Source: Candidatus Enterousia sp.
Lineage (GTDB): Bacteria; Pseudomonadota; Alphaproteobacteria; Rs-D84
NCBI GenBank assembly: GCA_045646625.1
Contig: JAZRLB010000013.1
Span: 22,310 to 86,309, forward strand
DNA: 64,000 nucleotides
Reading direction: 5' to 3'
The position numbers and the translations under genes were made by a program. Below are positions 55,008 through 64,000 of this stretch, piece after piece. Position 1 is the stretch's first letter. Each line of letters begins with the position of its first letter. The notes under the pieces are model-generated. The model saw only the letters and a list, made by a program, of their open reading frames with translations. It ran no database searches and had not been told where the DNA came from.

Positions 55008-55955
55008 TTAGAATCCTGCCTTGTTCAACCAGCGCACATCACTGTCATAAAACTGGCGAATGTCGTTCAAACCATACTTTAACATCGCCAATCGATCCCA
55101 ACCAAAACCAAATGCAAAACCCTGGTATTCGTCTGGGTTCACACCACAGTTGCGCAATACGTTCGGATGTACCATCCCAGCCCCCATAATTTCTAACCAT
55201 TTGCCACCCTGCCATTTCATATCAATTTCAATTGATGGGTCGGTAAATGGGAAATATGACGGACGAATGCGCAGTTCCACATTATCAATGCCAAAATAAC
55301 GCGACAAAAATGCACGAACATCCGCGATTAAATCAGACATAGTAATGTTTTTATCAATATATAACCCTTCTATTTGATGGAACATAGGACTGTGAGTCGC
55401 GTCCATTTCTTTGCGATAAGTCGATCCAATGCCGAACATTTTAATAGGAACAGATTCTGATTCCATCGCACGAATTTGAATCGCAGATGTCTGGGTGCGC
55501 AACACATTGCCATTGTCCAAGAAAAACGAATCCTGCATATCGCGGGCAGGGTGGTGCAATGGCGTATTCAATGCAGTAAAGTTATGCCAGTCATCTTCGA
55601 TTTCAGGGCCTGTGTGCATTGTATAACCAAAAGATTCCAGTATAGCCGATATTTCAGACAGACTTTGTGTCAATGGGTGCAATGTACCACGATTTTGTGG
55701 TTCTGGATTTAACGACATATCCAGTTTCTGTTTCTGCAGGCCCGCCATCAACACCGCGTTTTCAATTTCAGCCTGGCGCGTTTTGAATAATTCGCGCAGG
55801 GCAGCATTTTCTGTATTCAATGCCGCACGTGCGTCATTGTCCAGGTTTTTCATATCACGCAGGCGCGCGGTCATTGTGCCGTTTTTACCGTATGTTGCGG
55901 TGTACAGGGCCTGCAACTCTTCTAGTGTATTAATATTCTTTATTTGTTCGTGCAT
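55008..55955 (-). CDS. pheS: phenylalanine--tRNA ligase alpha subunit
   Basis: Class II motifs (HPARDMQDSFF, FRIRPSYFPFTDPS, GFAFGFGWDRLAML). Confidence 0.94.
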   Translation of the reverse strand: MHEQIKNINTLEELQALYTATYGKNGTMTARLRDMKNLDNDARAALNTENAALRELFKTRQAEIENAVLMAGLQKQKLDMSLNPEPQNRGTLHPLTQSLSEISAILESFGYTMHTGPEIEDDWHNFTALNTPLHHPARDMQDSFFLDNGNVLRTQTSAIQIRAMESESVPIKMFGIGSTYRKEMDATHSPMFHQIEGLYIDKNITMSDLIADVRAFLSRYFGIDNVELRIRPSYFPFTDPSIEIDMKWQGGKWLEIMGAGMVHPNVLRNCGVNPDEYQGFAFGFGWDRLAMLKYGLNDIRQFYDSDVRWLNKAGF

Positions 55956-55975
55956 TGTTTCTTACCTTAAAACTT

Positions 55976-56003
55976 AAAAAAAGCCGTCATACGACGGCTT
56001 TTA
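55976..56003 (-). terminator. terminator/attenuator-like hairpin between rplT and pheS
   Basis: Minus strand AGCCGTC-GTAT-GACGGCT followed by TTTTTTT, 40-odd nt upstream of the pheS ATG. Confidence 0.7.
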
Positions 56004-56036
56004 TTATTACAAAACAGATACCCCGCCGACAAGGTA

Positions 56037-56405
56037 TTATTTACTTTCGGCGTTGTTAAATCGTTTTGCTGTGTCAACCAATTTGACGAAGTTTGCATCA
56101 CCTGCATACGCCATTTCGGCCAAAACCTTGCGGTCCAGGGCGATGCCAGCCTTTTTAAGACCATTCATAAACTGGCTGTAAGTCATACCATTTGCGCGTA
56201 CCGCTGCATTGATACGGACAATCCACAAACCGCGGAATTCACGTTTTTTAACGCGACGGTCGCGATATGCATACTGACCCGCCTTTTCCGTTTTTTCACG
56301 GGCAGCGCGATATGTTGAATGATGACGGCCCAGGTAACCCTTGGCACGTGCTAAGATTTTATTGTGCTTTTGTTTAACGGTTGTACCGCGTTTTACTCTT
56401 GCCAT
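56037..56405 (-). CDS. rplT: 50S ribosomal protein L20
   Basis: [24 protein letters not shown]... Confidence 0.95.
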   Translation of the reverse strand: MARVKRGTTVKQKHNKILARAKGYLGRHHSTYRAAREKTEKAGQYAYRDRRVKKREFRGLWIVRINAAVRANGMTYSQFMNGLKKAGIALDRKVLAEMAYAGDANFVKLVDTAKRFNNAESK

Positions 56406-56419
56406 GACCTGTTACCCCC

Positions 56420-56623
56420 TTATTTCAAACCGTATGGCGCCAGGATTTTTGCCTGCCCCACCATGTTTTCATTCAAATACTGTGGCTTTGCACCTGCCTT
56501 GTTTGCACGGGCAGATTTCTTGCGCAACAGTTTCTTGTGAGAGTTGCGTGCAACACGGATTTTACCGGTCGCGGTCATAGACGCACGTTTTTTCAAGTAC
56601 GACTTTGTCTTTAATTTTGGCAT
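56420..56623 (-). CDS. rpmI: 50S ribosomal protein L35
   Basis: Start at MPKLKTKSYLKKRASMTATGKIRVARN. 67 aa and basic. The ORF-track upstream extension is rejected. Confidence 0.9.
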   Translation of the reverse strand: MPKLKTKSYLKKRASMTATGKIRVARNSHKKLLRKKSARANKAGAKPQYLNENMVGQAKILAPYGLK

Positions 56624-56762
56624 TTTATATCCTTTTATTTTTAGATAGTTTTTTTGTCTGGTGGCAATGCCTGCCACTTTGACTGATTGACATTTTGGCA
56701 GATTTATTTCAAAAATCAAGTTTTTATTGAATATCTGACTTTTTAGGATTAAAGTAGGCCCG

Positions 56763-57587
56763 ATGAAACAGAACAAGATATCTTCCAAAATATATCCCCT
56801 TATTCGGGCAGTGGCAACGGCGGCCGTGTTGCCAGTGCTGTTCATCTATATTATGATTGCAAAGCCTGATTATGCGATTATGAATGCGTTGGGACATGTG
56901 GTCGTGCCGGTCGCACGCGGCATTGGCGATGTTATTACCTGGCCTTTTCGGGTCGTAGGAAATACAATTGGCGGAATTGCGGAGTTATCTGCACTGCGTG
57001 AAGAAAATAAAGAACTGAGGGCACGGTTAGACGACGCAATGATTAACAAAGATATGTGCGACGTCGCAATCAAGGAAAATCAGAAGTTAAATAATGAATT
57101 AGGACTGATCAAAACACAACCACGTGACGCCGTTATCGCAGATGTTATTCGTGACAACCGCGCAATGGGACATAATACATTTATAATTAATCGGGGTGCG
57201 CGTGACGGGGTTGAAACAGGTATGGTTGTCGCAACAACCGATATGAGACTGGCCGGAATTATAGTTGACAGTGCAAATAACTTTTCACGTGTGCGCGCCC
57301 TGACGGACGCAGATACAAATATCGCCGTGCGTGTCGTCGGTTCCGAAGTATATGGTTTTATGGCAGGTAATGGTTCTAAACATCCAACAATGGGTTTTTT
57401 CAGTAATCCTGAATTTCAACCTGTGCGCGGTATCAAGTTGGTATCCAGTAATATATCCGGGGTATTGCCAGCAGGACTGATTGTTGGTGAAATGATCGAC
57501 GATACAGACGTAAAGGTTGCAGACCCAGAACAAATGTCACGGGTAATGGTGCTGAAATTCGATACACCGAAAAACGAATACAGATGA
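56763..57587 (+). CDS. mreC: rod shape-determining protein MreC
   Basis: TM anchor, coiled coil (LREENKELRARL), then beta-rich domains (GMVVATTDMRLAGIIV...GLIVGEM). mreC-mreD-mrdA-rodA order. Confidence 0.88.
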   Translation: MKQNKISSKIYPLIRAVATAAVLPVLFIYIMIAKPDYAIMNALGHVVVPVARGIGDVITWPFRVVGNTIGGIAELSALREENKELRARLDDAMINKDMCDVAIKENQKLNNELGLIKTQPRDAVIADVIRDNRAMGHNTFIINRGARDGVETGMVVATTDMRLAGIIVDSANNFSRVRALTDADTNIAVRVVGSEVYGFMAGNGSKHPTMGFFSNPEFQPVRGIKLVSSNISGVLPAGLIVGEMIDDTDVKVADPEQMSRVMVLKFDTPKNEYR

Positions 57588-58039
57588 AAGAAAATATAAT
57601 TCATTTTTTACGCGTCGCATTTCCGTTTTTATTAACAATCGGATTGTGGCGGTTGTCGTCACCGTTCTGGAATCCGGCAGGGGTGTTGGCAATTGTACCT
57701 ATTTTTATTTGTTCCTTTGTGCGGCCAACACACTGGTTTCCACTGTTTTCTGTTTTAATGTGCGTATGTCTGGATTATAATTTCGAAACGGTTTGTTTCT
57801 GGATTGCGATGTATTGTTTATTCTTTTCTATCACCAGTTTTCAGACATATATAGATATCACACGTATGGATAATTTTGGACTGTTTGCATTTATGGTGTT
57901 TTTTGGACTGGCTATATTCATTCAAATGGTTGCGAATTTTTCATTCGCCAATATTCTGCGCGGAATGTGGATTTTTGCAGTCGCCTGTGCTGTGTATATT
58001 CCAACGGCAAAACTGATTCAAAGGGTTGAAAATGATTGA
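57584..58039 (+). CDS. mreD: rod shape-determining protein MreD
   Basis: 151-aa polytopic membrane protein with an ATGA overlap with mreC. Assigned by position. Confidence 0.7.
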   Translation: MKENIIHFLRVAFPFLLTIGLWRLSSPFWNPAGVLAIVPIFICSFVRPTHWFPLFSVLMCVCLDYNFETVCFWIAMYCLFFSITSFQTYIDITRMDNFGLFAFMVFFGLAIFIQMVANFSFANILRGMWIFAVACAVYIPTAKLIQRVEND

Positions 58040-59807
58040 TACAGAAGTTTCACGTACCTTTGACAGACGCAGTGCTTTGTTCCTGACCGCAGGCGCGGTG
58101 ATGACATCTGCACTGGTTTTGCGTATGCTGCAAATGCAATTATTTAGTTATCGCGACTATAAAAAGAAAAGTGAAAGCAATTCTTATCGCATCCAAATTG
58201 ATATGCCTGAACGCGGGAAAATATTGACTAGAAATGGTACACCAATTTCGCGCGATGCACCAATTTACAGAATCTATATCGTACCAGAAGAAGCACACGA
58301 TGTGGATAACCTGATTAATACCGTAGCACGCGAATTAAATTTGCGGGCAAAACGTGTTGAAAAAATTCGCGCAAAAATAAAGAAACAATTAAAGTTTCAA
58401 CCAGTATTGGTCAGTGAAAATACAGACTGGAATATGTTGGCAAAATTACAGGCGAAAAATTTGCCAGGACTGCACGTAGAAAGCGGATATGCACGAATAT
58501 ATGAAATGGGGCCGGCAGGTGCACAGATTTTTGGTTATGTCGGTGAACCAAAAAATGCAGTTCCAAATGCACCATTTTTAACGACCGGTATCACAGGTCT
58601 GGAAAAAAGATTTAACGATGAAATGAAGGGTGATGCAGGTCAGACCGTATTAATAACAAATGCAGTTGGACGTATCACAGGCGAAGATAAATCACAATAT
58701 ATCGCACCAGTGACAGGTAAAAATATTAAAACAACAATTAACGATAACGCCCAACGCACATTGTATGATGCTTTGAGTAAGCATAATTCTGGATGTGGGG
58801 TGGCACTGGATATAAAAACAGGCGATATTTTGGCAATGGTTTCAACCCCCAGTTTCGATGCAAATATGTTCCGCGAAGATGATGCAGATGAATATTTGCA
58901 AACACTGCGTGAAGATATTACTAAGCCTTTTATGAACAAAACAATCGAGGGATTGTATCCACCAGGATCAACTTTTAAAATTGTTGTGGCGTTGGCGGCA
59001 CTGGAATCAGGTGCAATAAACCCCAAAGAAAAAATTTTTTGTCCGGGATATTGGGACTATGGTGACCGCAGATATCACTGCTGGGAAGAAAAAGGGCACG
59101 GCAAAGTTGATTTGGCAGGGGCACTGAAACATTCCTGTGACATTTACTTTTATCAAATTGCGTTGCGTATTGGGATTGACGCAATCAAAGATATGGCTGT
59201 TCGATTAGGGCTGACCGAAAAGTTTATGGATGATATTTTATCACGTGAAATGAGTGGGGTTATGCCTGATAGATACTGGAAAGAAAAGCAGATTGGTGCA
59301 CGTTGGGTGCACGGTGATACTATTATTTCTGGTATCGGCCAGGGATTTGTTCTGGCAAATTGTCTGCAACTGGCGGTGATGATGGCGCGCGCTTCATCTA
59401 ATAAACGCGTTGTGCCGCGACTGATTGCGGATGAAGCGCAACCACAATTTGAAAGTATGAAACTGCAACCACAAAATATCCAGTATGTGTTAAATGGTCT
59501 GGAACAGGTTTTAAAACAGGGCGGAACTGCGTCCGGCAGCGCAATAAATGTTAATGGTATGCGGATGGGCGGAAAAACAGGAACATCACAGGTGCGCAGC
59601 ATTTCTAAAAAAGAACGTTTAAACGGTGTTCTGACCAACGAGCAACTGCAGTGGCGTATGCGAAATCACGGATTGTTTGTCGGTTATGCACCAACAGATA
59701 ACCCAAAGTACGCCGTGTGCGTCGTGACAGAACATTCTGGTTCCAGTGGTCCTGCCGCACGCGGCGCCGCCGCCGTTATGAAAGAATTATTAAAAGGATT
59801 AAAATAA
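58026..59807 (+). CDS. mrdA: penicillin-binding protein 2 (elongasome transpeptidase)
   Basis: STFK (PPGSTFKIV) and KTGT (GGKTGTSQV) motifs. N-terminal TM anchor and dimerisation domain. Confidence 0.92.
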   Translation: MKMIDTEVSRTFDRRSALFLTAGAVMTSALVLRMLQMQLFSYRDYKKKSESNSYRIQIDMPERGKILTRNGTPISRDAPIYRIYIVPEEAHDVDNLINTVARELNLRAKRVEKIRAKIKKQLKFQPVLVSENTDWNMLAKLQAKNLPGLHVESGYARIYEMGPAGAQIFGYVGEPKNAVPNAPFLTTGITGLEKRFNDEMKGDAGQTVLITNAVGRITGEDKSQYIAPVTGKNIKTTINDNAQRTLYDALSKHNSGCGVALDIKTGDILAMVSTPSFDANMFREDDADEYLQTLREDITKPFMNKTIEGLYPPGSTFKIVVALAALESGAINPKEKIFCPGYWDYGDRRYHCWEEKGHGKVDLAGALKHSCDIYFYQIALRIGIDAIKDMAVRLGLTEKFMDDILSREMSGVMPDRYWKEKQIGARWVHGDTIISGIGQGFVLANCLQLAVMMARASSNKRVVPRLIADEAQPQFESMKLQPQNIQYVLNGLEQVLKQGGTASGSAINVNGMRMGGKTGTSQVRSISKKERLNGVLTNEQLQWRMRNHGLFVGYAPTDNPKYAVCVVTEHSGSSGPAARGAAAVMKELLKGLK

Positions 59808-59811
59808 CACA

Positions 59812-60957
59812 ATGGTACGACAGACACGTGTTTCAAATGCAAATATGATGACGTTGCCAGAAAAGTTAAGCCGCTTTTCCTGGGGACTGTTTGTGCCTAT
59901 GTGTATGGTATTGGCAATTTCTATTGTGGTATTATATTCGGCGGGTGGTGGAAACTGGAAACCGTTTGCACTGTCACAACTGATGAAGATTTTGCTGGGG
60001 GTTGGGGTTTTCTTTGTGGTGGCTTTTACAAATATTAAAACCTGGGTGAAATCTGCATATCTGATTTATGCAGTGGCACTGATTATGATTGTATTGGTGA
60101 CATTTGTCGGGCATACAGGTATGGGAGCACAAAGATGGTTAAACCTGGGATTTATTCATATACAACCATCGGAACTGATTAAAATTGCGCTGGTGCTGGC
60201 GCTGGCACGATATTTTGCGTGGTTTAATTCGGTGGAACTGGGGCAATTTAAGAACTATATAGCGCCTATGATGATGTTGTTGGTGCCGTTCGGATTGATT
60301 GTAGCCCAGCCTGATTTAGGTACTGCCCTGTCGCTGGGAATGATTACAGTTGGCGTATTCTATATAGTCGGGGCAAATAAAAAATGGTTTATTATTGCAG
60401 CAATTTTAGGATGTATGGCAGCACCCGCGATTTGGTTCGGTGGACTGCACGATTATCAGAGGGGGCGCATTATTACACTGTTTAATCCAGACGGTGATTT
60501 GCAGGGTGCAGGATATCAAATCAATCAGGCAAAGATTGCATTTGGCAGTGGCGGTATGACCGGTAAAGGATATATGGCAGGAACACAATCACAACAATCG
60601 TTCCTGCCGGAAAAGCAGACCGACTTTATTTTCACAATGCTGGGGGAAGAGTTTGGATTCCTGGGGGCATTCAGTCTGTTGATGATTTATACTTGGATTG
60701 TGGTCGCACTGTTTTGGACCGCAAAAACATGCAGAAACAGATTTGGCCAATTGGTGTGCTTTGGATTTATGTTGAACTTTTTTGTTTATTACTTTATAAA
60801 TATTTCCATGGTTTTAGGATTGTTGCCAACCGTTGGGGTGCCGTTGCCGTTGATGTCGTTCGGTGGCAGCAGCCTGTTATCACTGATGTTTGGTTTCGGT
60901 CTGTGTCAAAGTGCACATATTCACAAAGACCAACAATTATCTGCAAAGGGGAGTTAA
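59812..60957 (+). CDS. rodA: peptidoglycan glycosyltransferase RodA (SEDS family)
   Basis: Polytopic membrane protein. QPSELIKIALVLALARY, TDFIFTMLGEEFGFLG, PTVGVPLPLMSFGGSS. Confidence 0.93.
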   Translation: MVRQTRVSNANMMTLPEKLSRFSWGLFVPMCMVLAISIVVLYSAGGGNWKPFALSQLMKILLGVGVFFVVAFTNIKTWVKSAYLIYAVALIMIVLVTFVGHTGMGAQRWLNLGFIHIQPSELIKIALVLALARYFAWFNSVELGQFKNYIAPMMMLLVPFGLIVAQPDLGTALSLGMITVGVFYIVGANKKWFIIAAILGCMAAPAIWFGGLHDYQRGRIITLFNPDGDLQGAGYQINQAKIAFGSGGMTGKGYMAGTQSQQSFLPEKQTDFIFTMLGEEFGFLGAFSLLMIYTWIVVALFWTAKTCRNRFGQLVCFGFMLNFFVYYFINISMVLGLLPTVGVPLPLMSFGGSSLLSLMFGFGLCQSAHIHKDQQLSAKGS

Positions 60958-60961
60958 AGGT

Positions 60962-63202
60962 ATGAAGTTATTAATTGTGGAATCACCGTCCAAGGCAAAA
61001 ACAATTGAAAAATATCTGGGAGCAGGGTGGCGCGTTATCGCGTCTGTTGGACATGTGCGCGATTTGGTGCCTGAAAACGGCAGTGTGGATACTGAAAATA
61101 ATTTCAAAATGAAATGGCAGATTATGCCAGGTAAGGAAAAACAAATTAAACTGATTACCGATGAACTGAAAAAAGCAGACGCTGTTTATTTGGCAAGCGA
61201 CCCTGACCGCGAAGGTGAGGCAATAGCGTGGCATTTGCTGGATATATTAAAGGCAAAAAGATTATTAAAAGATAAAAAAGTTTATCGCGTGGCGTTCCAC
61301 GAAATTACTAAAAAAGCCGTACACGCAGCAATCGAAGAGCCGCGCGAAATTGATACAAATCTGGTGGATGCATATTTAGTTAGACGCGCATTAGATTATC
61401 TGATTGGGTTTGGTATTTCACCGTTGCTGTGGCGCAGAAATCTGGGTAAATCCGCAGGACGTGTACAATCAGTTGCAGTAAAATTAGTTGTTGACCGCGA
61501 AAAAGAAATTGAAGCATTTAAGCCGGTTGAATATTGGAGTGTTGAATCGTTGTGCAAGGTGCAAGATGCGCAGTTCAAAGCAAATCTTAATAAGTTTAAT
61601 GGCGAAAAAGTAGAAAAGATGACCATTGAAAATAAATCAATGGTTGATGATATTTTAAACAAAATTGGAACGCCTGAGATTGGTGCGTCTGTTATAAATA
61701 TTGAACGCAAGAAAACCCAGCGAAAACCAGCAGCGCCGTTTACAACGTCAACCCTGCAACAGGAAGCAGCACGAAAATTATACTTTGCTTCTAAACGCAC
61801 GATGAGCGCCGCACAACACCTGTATGAACAAGGGTTAATCACGTATATGCGTACGGACGCAACAAATCTGAATGCAGATGCGGTAAATGAAATTCGTGGA
61901 TTTATAGCGCGTGAATATGGTGAAAAATTTGTGCCAAGTGCACCAAATATCTATGCAACAAAATCTAAAAATGCCCAGGAAGCACACGAAGCAATTCGTC
62001 CAACACACTTTGATGCGCCGGCAAAAAATCTGTCCGGGGACGAGGCAAAACTATACGACCTGATTTGGAAACGTACAATCGCGTGTCAGATGACAAATGC
62101 TGAATTTGATTCAGTTGCCGCAGATATTGAAACAGACAATAACGCAGCGGTATTTCACGCGGTTGGAACAACACGTACGTTTGACGGATTTATGAAGGTC
62201 TATACCGAAGATAAAGATGATGATGATGATAAAAAGGAAGCCAAATTGCCACCATTAAACATTGGTGACAAGGTTGCTATTTCTGAAATTATCCCAGAAC
62301 AGCACTTTACCCAGGCACCACCTAGATATACAGAAGCATCGCTGGTAAAAAAATTAGAAGAACTGGGTATCGGACGTCCGTCAACTTATGCAACAATTAT
62401 GTCAACAATTGTTGATCGCGCATATGTGGAACAAGATAAACAACGTCGTTTCCATCCTACAAATGGCGGTTGGGTAATTGCATCATACTTAAATAAATAT
62501 TTTACTGATTTGGTCGATGTCAATTTTACCGCAAAAACAGAAGATACTTTGGACGATGTTTCAAACGGAAAGCAAGACAAGATTACAGCACTAAAAAACT
62601 TCTGGGGGCCGACAGACGCAATGATTGACGGCGCACGTGGAATTAAGACATCTGAAATTATCGATGAAATAAACGACTTTATGCATCATCATTTATTCTG
62701 TGACACCGGTGACGTATGTCCAGAATGTGGCGCAAAATTGGGAATTAAATTATCTAAGTTTGGACCGTTTATTGGTTGCGCAAAATACCCAGATTGTAAA
62801 TACACAAAACAGTTAAAAGGCACTGAACAGAATGCACAAACAGCAGAATCCGCCGTACAGGGCGTAAAAAATGACGCGATCGAACTGGGCGATGGAATCG
62901 AATTCCGTGTTGGTAAATTTGGTCCTTATGTGACAGATGGTGCAAAAAATGTTGCCGCCAAACAATATACGTCTGAAACAATCACCCTGGAAATTGCACG
63001 CGAATTATTGGCAAATGCCGGCAAAAAGGCAGAACCAATTAAAATTGGTGAAAATCCAGAGACTAAAAAAATTATTTACTATTACCCAACTGGGCGGTAT
63101 GGTGCATATATATCTTCTAATCGGGTCAATGTTTCTGTGCGTGAACAACCAGATTTGGAAACCGCAATTCAACTGATTAATAACAAGGCAAAGAAAAAAT
63201 AA
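60962..63202 (+). CDS. topA: DNA topoisomerase I
   Basis: Start at MKLLIVESPSKAKTIEKYLG (Toprim). The active-site region contains GLITYMRTD. C-terminal zinc ribbon CPECG...CAKYPDCKY. Confidence 0.94.
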   Translation: MKLLIVESPSKAKTIEKYLGAGWRVIASVGHVRDLVPENGSVDTENNFKMKWQIMPGKEKQIKLITDELKKADAVYLASDPDREGEAIAWHLLDILKAKRLLKDKKVYRVAFHEITKKAVHAAIEEPREIDTNLVDAYLVRRALDYLIGFGISPLLWRRNLGKSAGRVQSVAVKLVVDREKEIEAFKPVEYWSVESLCKVQDAQFKANLNKFNGEKVEKMTIENKSMVDDILNKIGTPEIGASVINIERKKTQRKPAAPFTTSTLQQEAARKLYFASKRTMSAAQHLYEQGLITYMRTDATNLNADAVNEIRGFIAREYGEKFVPSAPNIYATKSKNAQEAHEAIRPTHFDAPAKNLSGDEAKLYDLIWKRTIACQMTNAEFDSVAADIETDNNAAVFHAVGTTRTFDGFMKVYTEDKDDDDDKKEAKLPPLNIGDKVAISEIIPEQHFTQAPPRYTEASLVKKLEELGIGRPSTYATIMSTIVDRAYVEQDKQRRFHPTNGGWVIASYLNKYFTDLVDVNFTAKTEDTLDDVSNGKQDKITALKNFWGPTDAMIDGARGIKTSEIIDEINDFMHHHLFCDTGDVCPECGAKLGIKLSKFGPFIGCAKYPDCKYTKQLKGTEQNAQTAESAVQGVKNDAIELGDGIEFRVGKFGPYVTDGAKNVAAKQYTSETITLEIARELLANAGKKAEPIKIGENPETKKIIYYYPTGRYGAYISSNRVNVSVREQPDLETAIQLINNKAKKK

Positions 63203-64000
63203 TGGCGCCAACACGACACAATTATTCCAATTTTACAGATGAACTGCGTGCGCGGTTGTCGGTTGTGGATGTTGTGGGACGTGTGGTACCTTTGACGCGC
63301 AAAGGGCAAAATTACTGGGGTTGTTGCCCGTTTCATAACGAAAAAACACCCAGTTTTTCTGTGAACGAAGAAAAGGGATTTTATCACTGTTTCGGATGTG
63401 GCGAACACGGCGATATTATATCGTTCACGATGAAGCATAATAATATGGATTTCAAATCGGCGATTGTGGAACTGGCCAATATGGCAGGACTGAAAATGCC
63501 GGACTATAAACCGCGTGACCCAAATGTTGTTAAACGCGAAGATGCACTGTTTGATATTTGCGAACGCGCCGCACAGACGTACGCTGAAAAATTATTTACA
63601 CCAGACGCGGCACACGCATTGGAATATGTGCGCAGACGCGGATTCACAGACGAAGAAATAAAAAAATATCGTATCGGGTATGCACCAAAAAATAACATTA
63701 TTGCGAATAAATTTGCAGAATCAAAATTTTTAATCCCATCAGGTTTGTGTAGGCGTGGGGATTATGGAATGTATGACTTTTTCCGCGATAAGTTAATGTT
63801 TCCAATTTTCAATGCACACGGCAAAGTTGTTGCTTTTTCAGGGCGTTCACTGGATGGGTCAGAACCAAAATATATAAATACAACAGATACTGATATTTTC
63901 CATAAACGTCAGACGGTGTTTGGTTTTAACTTTGCGCGTGAATCAATTCATCGCGCGAACCGCAGCATTGTGGTCGAAGGACAAATTGATGCAATAAAAA
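63202..64000 (+). CDS. dnaG: DNA primase (5' part; runs off the window)
   Basis: Not in the ORF track because no stop codon is reached. Hand translation MAPTRHNYSNFTDELRARLSVVDVVGRVVPLTRKGQNYWGCCPFHNEKTPSFSVNEEKGFYHCFGCGEHGD gives the CHC2 zinc finger. Later IVVEGQIDAI marks the Toprim start. The ATG overlaps the topA stop (TAATG). Confidence 0.9.
   Translation, partial: MAPTRHNYSNFTDELRARLSVVDVVGRVVPLTRKGQNYWGCCPFHNEKTPSFSVNEEKGFYHCFGCGEHGDIISFTMKHNNMDFKSAIVELANMAGLKMPDYKPRDPNVVKREDALFDICERAAQTYAEKLFTPDAAHALEYVRRRGFTDEEIKKYRIGYAPKNNIIANKFAESKFLIPSGLCRRGDYGMYDFFRDKLMFPIFNAHGKVVAFSGRSLDGSEPKYINTTDTDIFHKRQTVFGFNFARESIHRANRSIVVEGQIDAIK

Noticed and set aside
56624-56762. Possible L20-binding regulatory leader upstream of rpmI, with the hairpin GTGGCA-GGCAT-TGCCAC.
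   Set aside because: There is only a single 6-bp hairpin. I could not build a pseudoknot or L20-site mimic by eye, and infC is absent from the operon here. The evidence is insufficient.

Overview
This is a chromosomal window from a Gram-negative, moderately AT-rich bacterium. RpoH, rsmG-parA-parB, BamB/TolC/OmpA-type envelope genes and mreBCD-mrdA-rodA suggest a proteobacterium, probably an alphaproteobacterium; that assignment is inference only. Most of the window is densely packed housekeeping DNA: ppa, efp, mnmG, fabG/fabD, queH, metG, dnaA, dprA, plsY, rpsT, rpsO, truB, mutS, xseB, parAB, rsmG, gpsA, rpoH, mreB, rnpA, yidD, accBC, uvrD, dnaQ, tolC/macA, pheST, rplT/rpmI, mreCD, mrdA, rodA, topA and dnaG. 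There are four tRNA genes (Thr-CGU, Val-GAC, Val-UAC, Cys-GCA) and many stereotyped short GC-stem, tetraloop intrinsic terminators, often shared by convergent genes. The one clear accessory region is a roughly 10.9 kb integrative island (10075-20968) beside dnaA. It is bounded by a 42-bp direct repeat equal to the 5' part of tRNA-Val(GAC). It carries a P4-type tyrosine integrase, an AlpA/Xis-like gene, an XRE regulator, a possible HUH Rep-like protein and a complete Type I restriction-modification operon. The best candidate for something new is a 143-aa membrane-anchored protein translationally coupled between hsdS and hsdR, the position PrrC occupies in the E. coli prr locus. Other oddities are an HsdS with two near-identical recognition halves, an orphaned tRNA promoter firing into the island, cysteine-rich secreted proteins, an HExxH protein between parA and rsmG, an ACP-like protein with a Cys4 tail, and a palindromic repeat element after fabG. 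No CRISPR array, rRNA gene or IS element was seen. All calls come from reading the sequence and its translations by eye; no searches were run.
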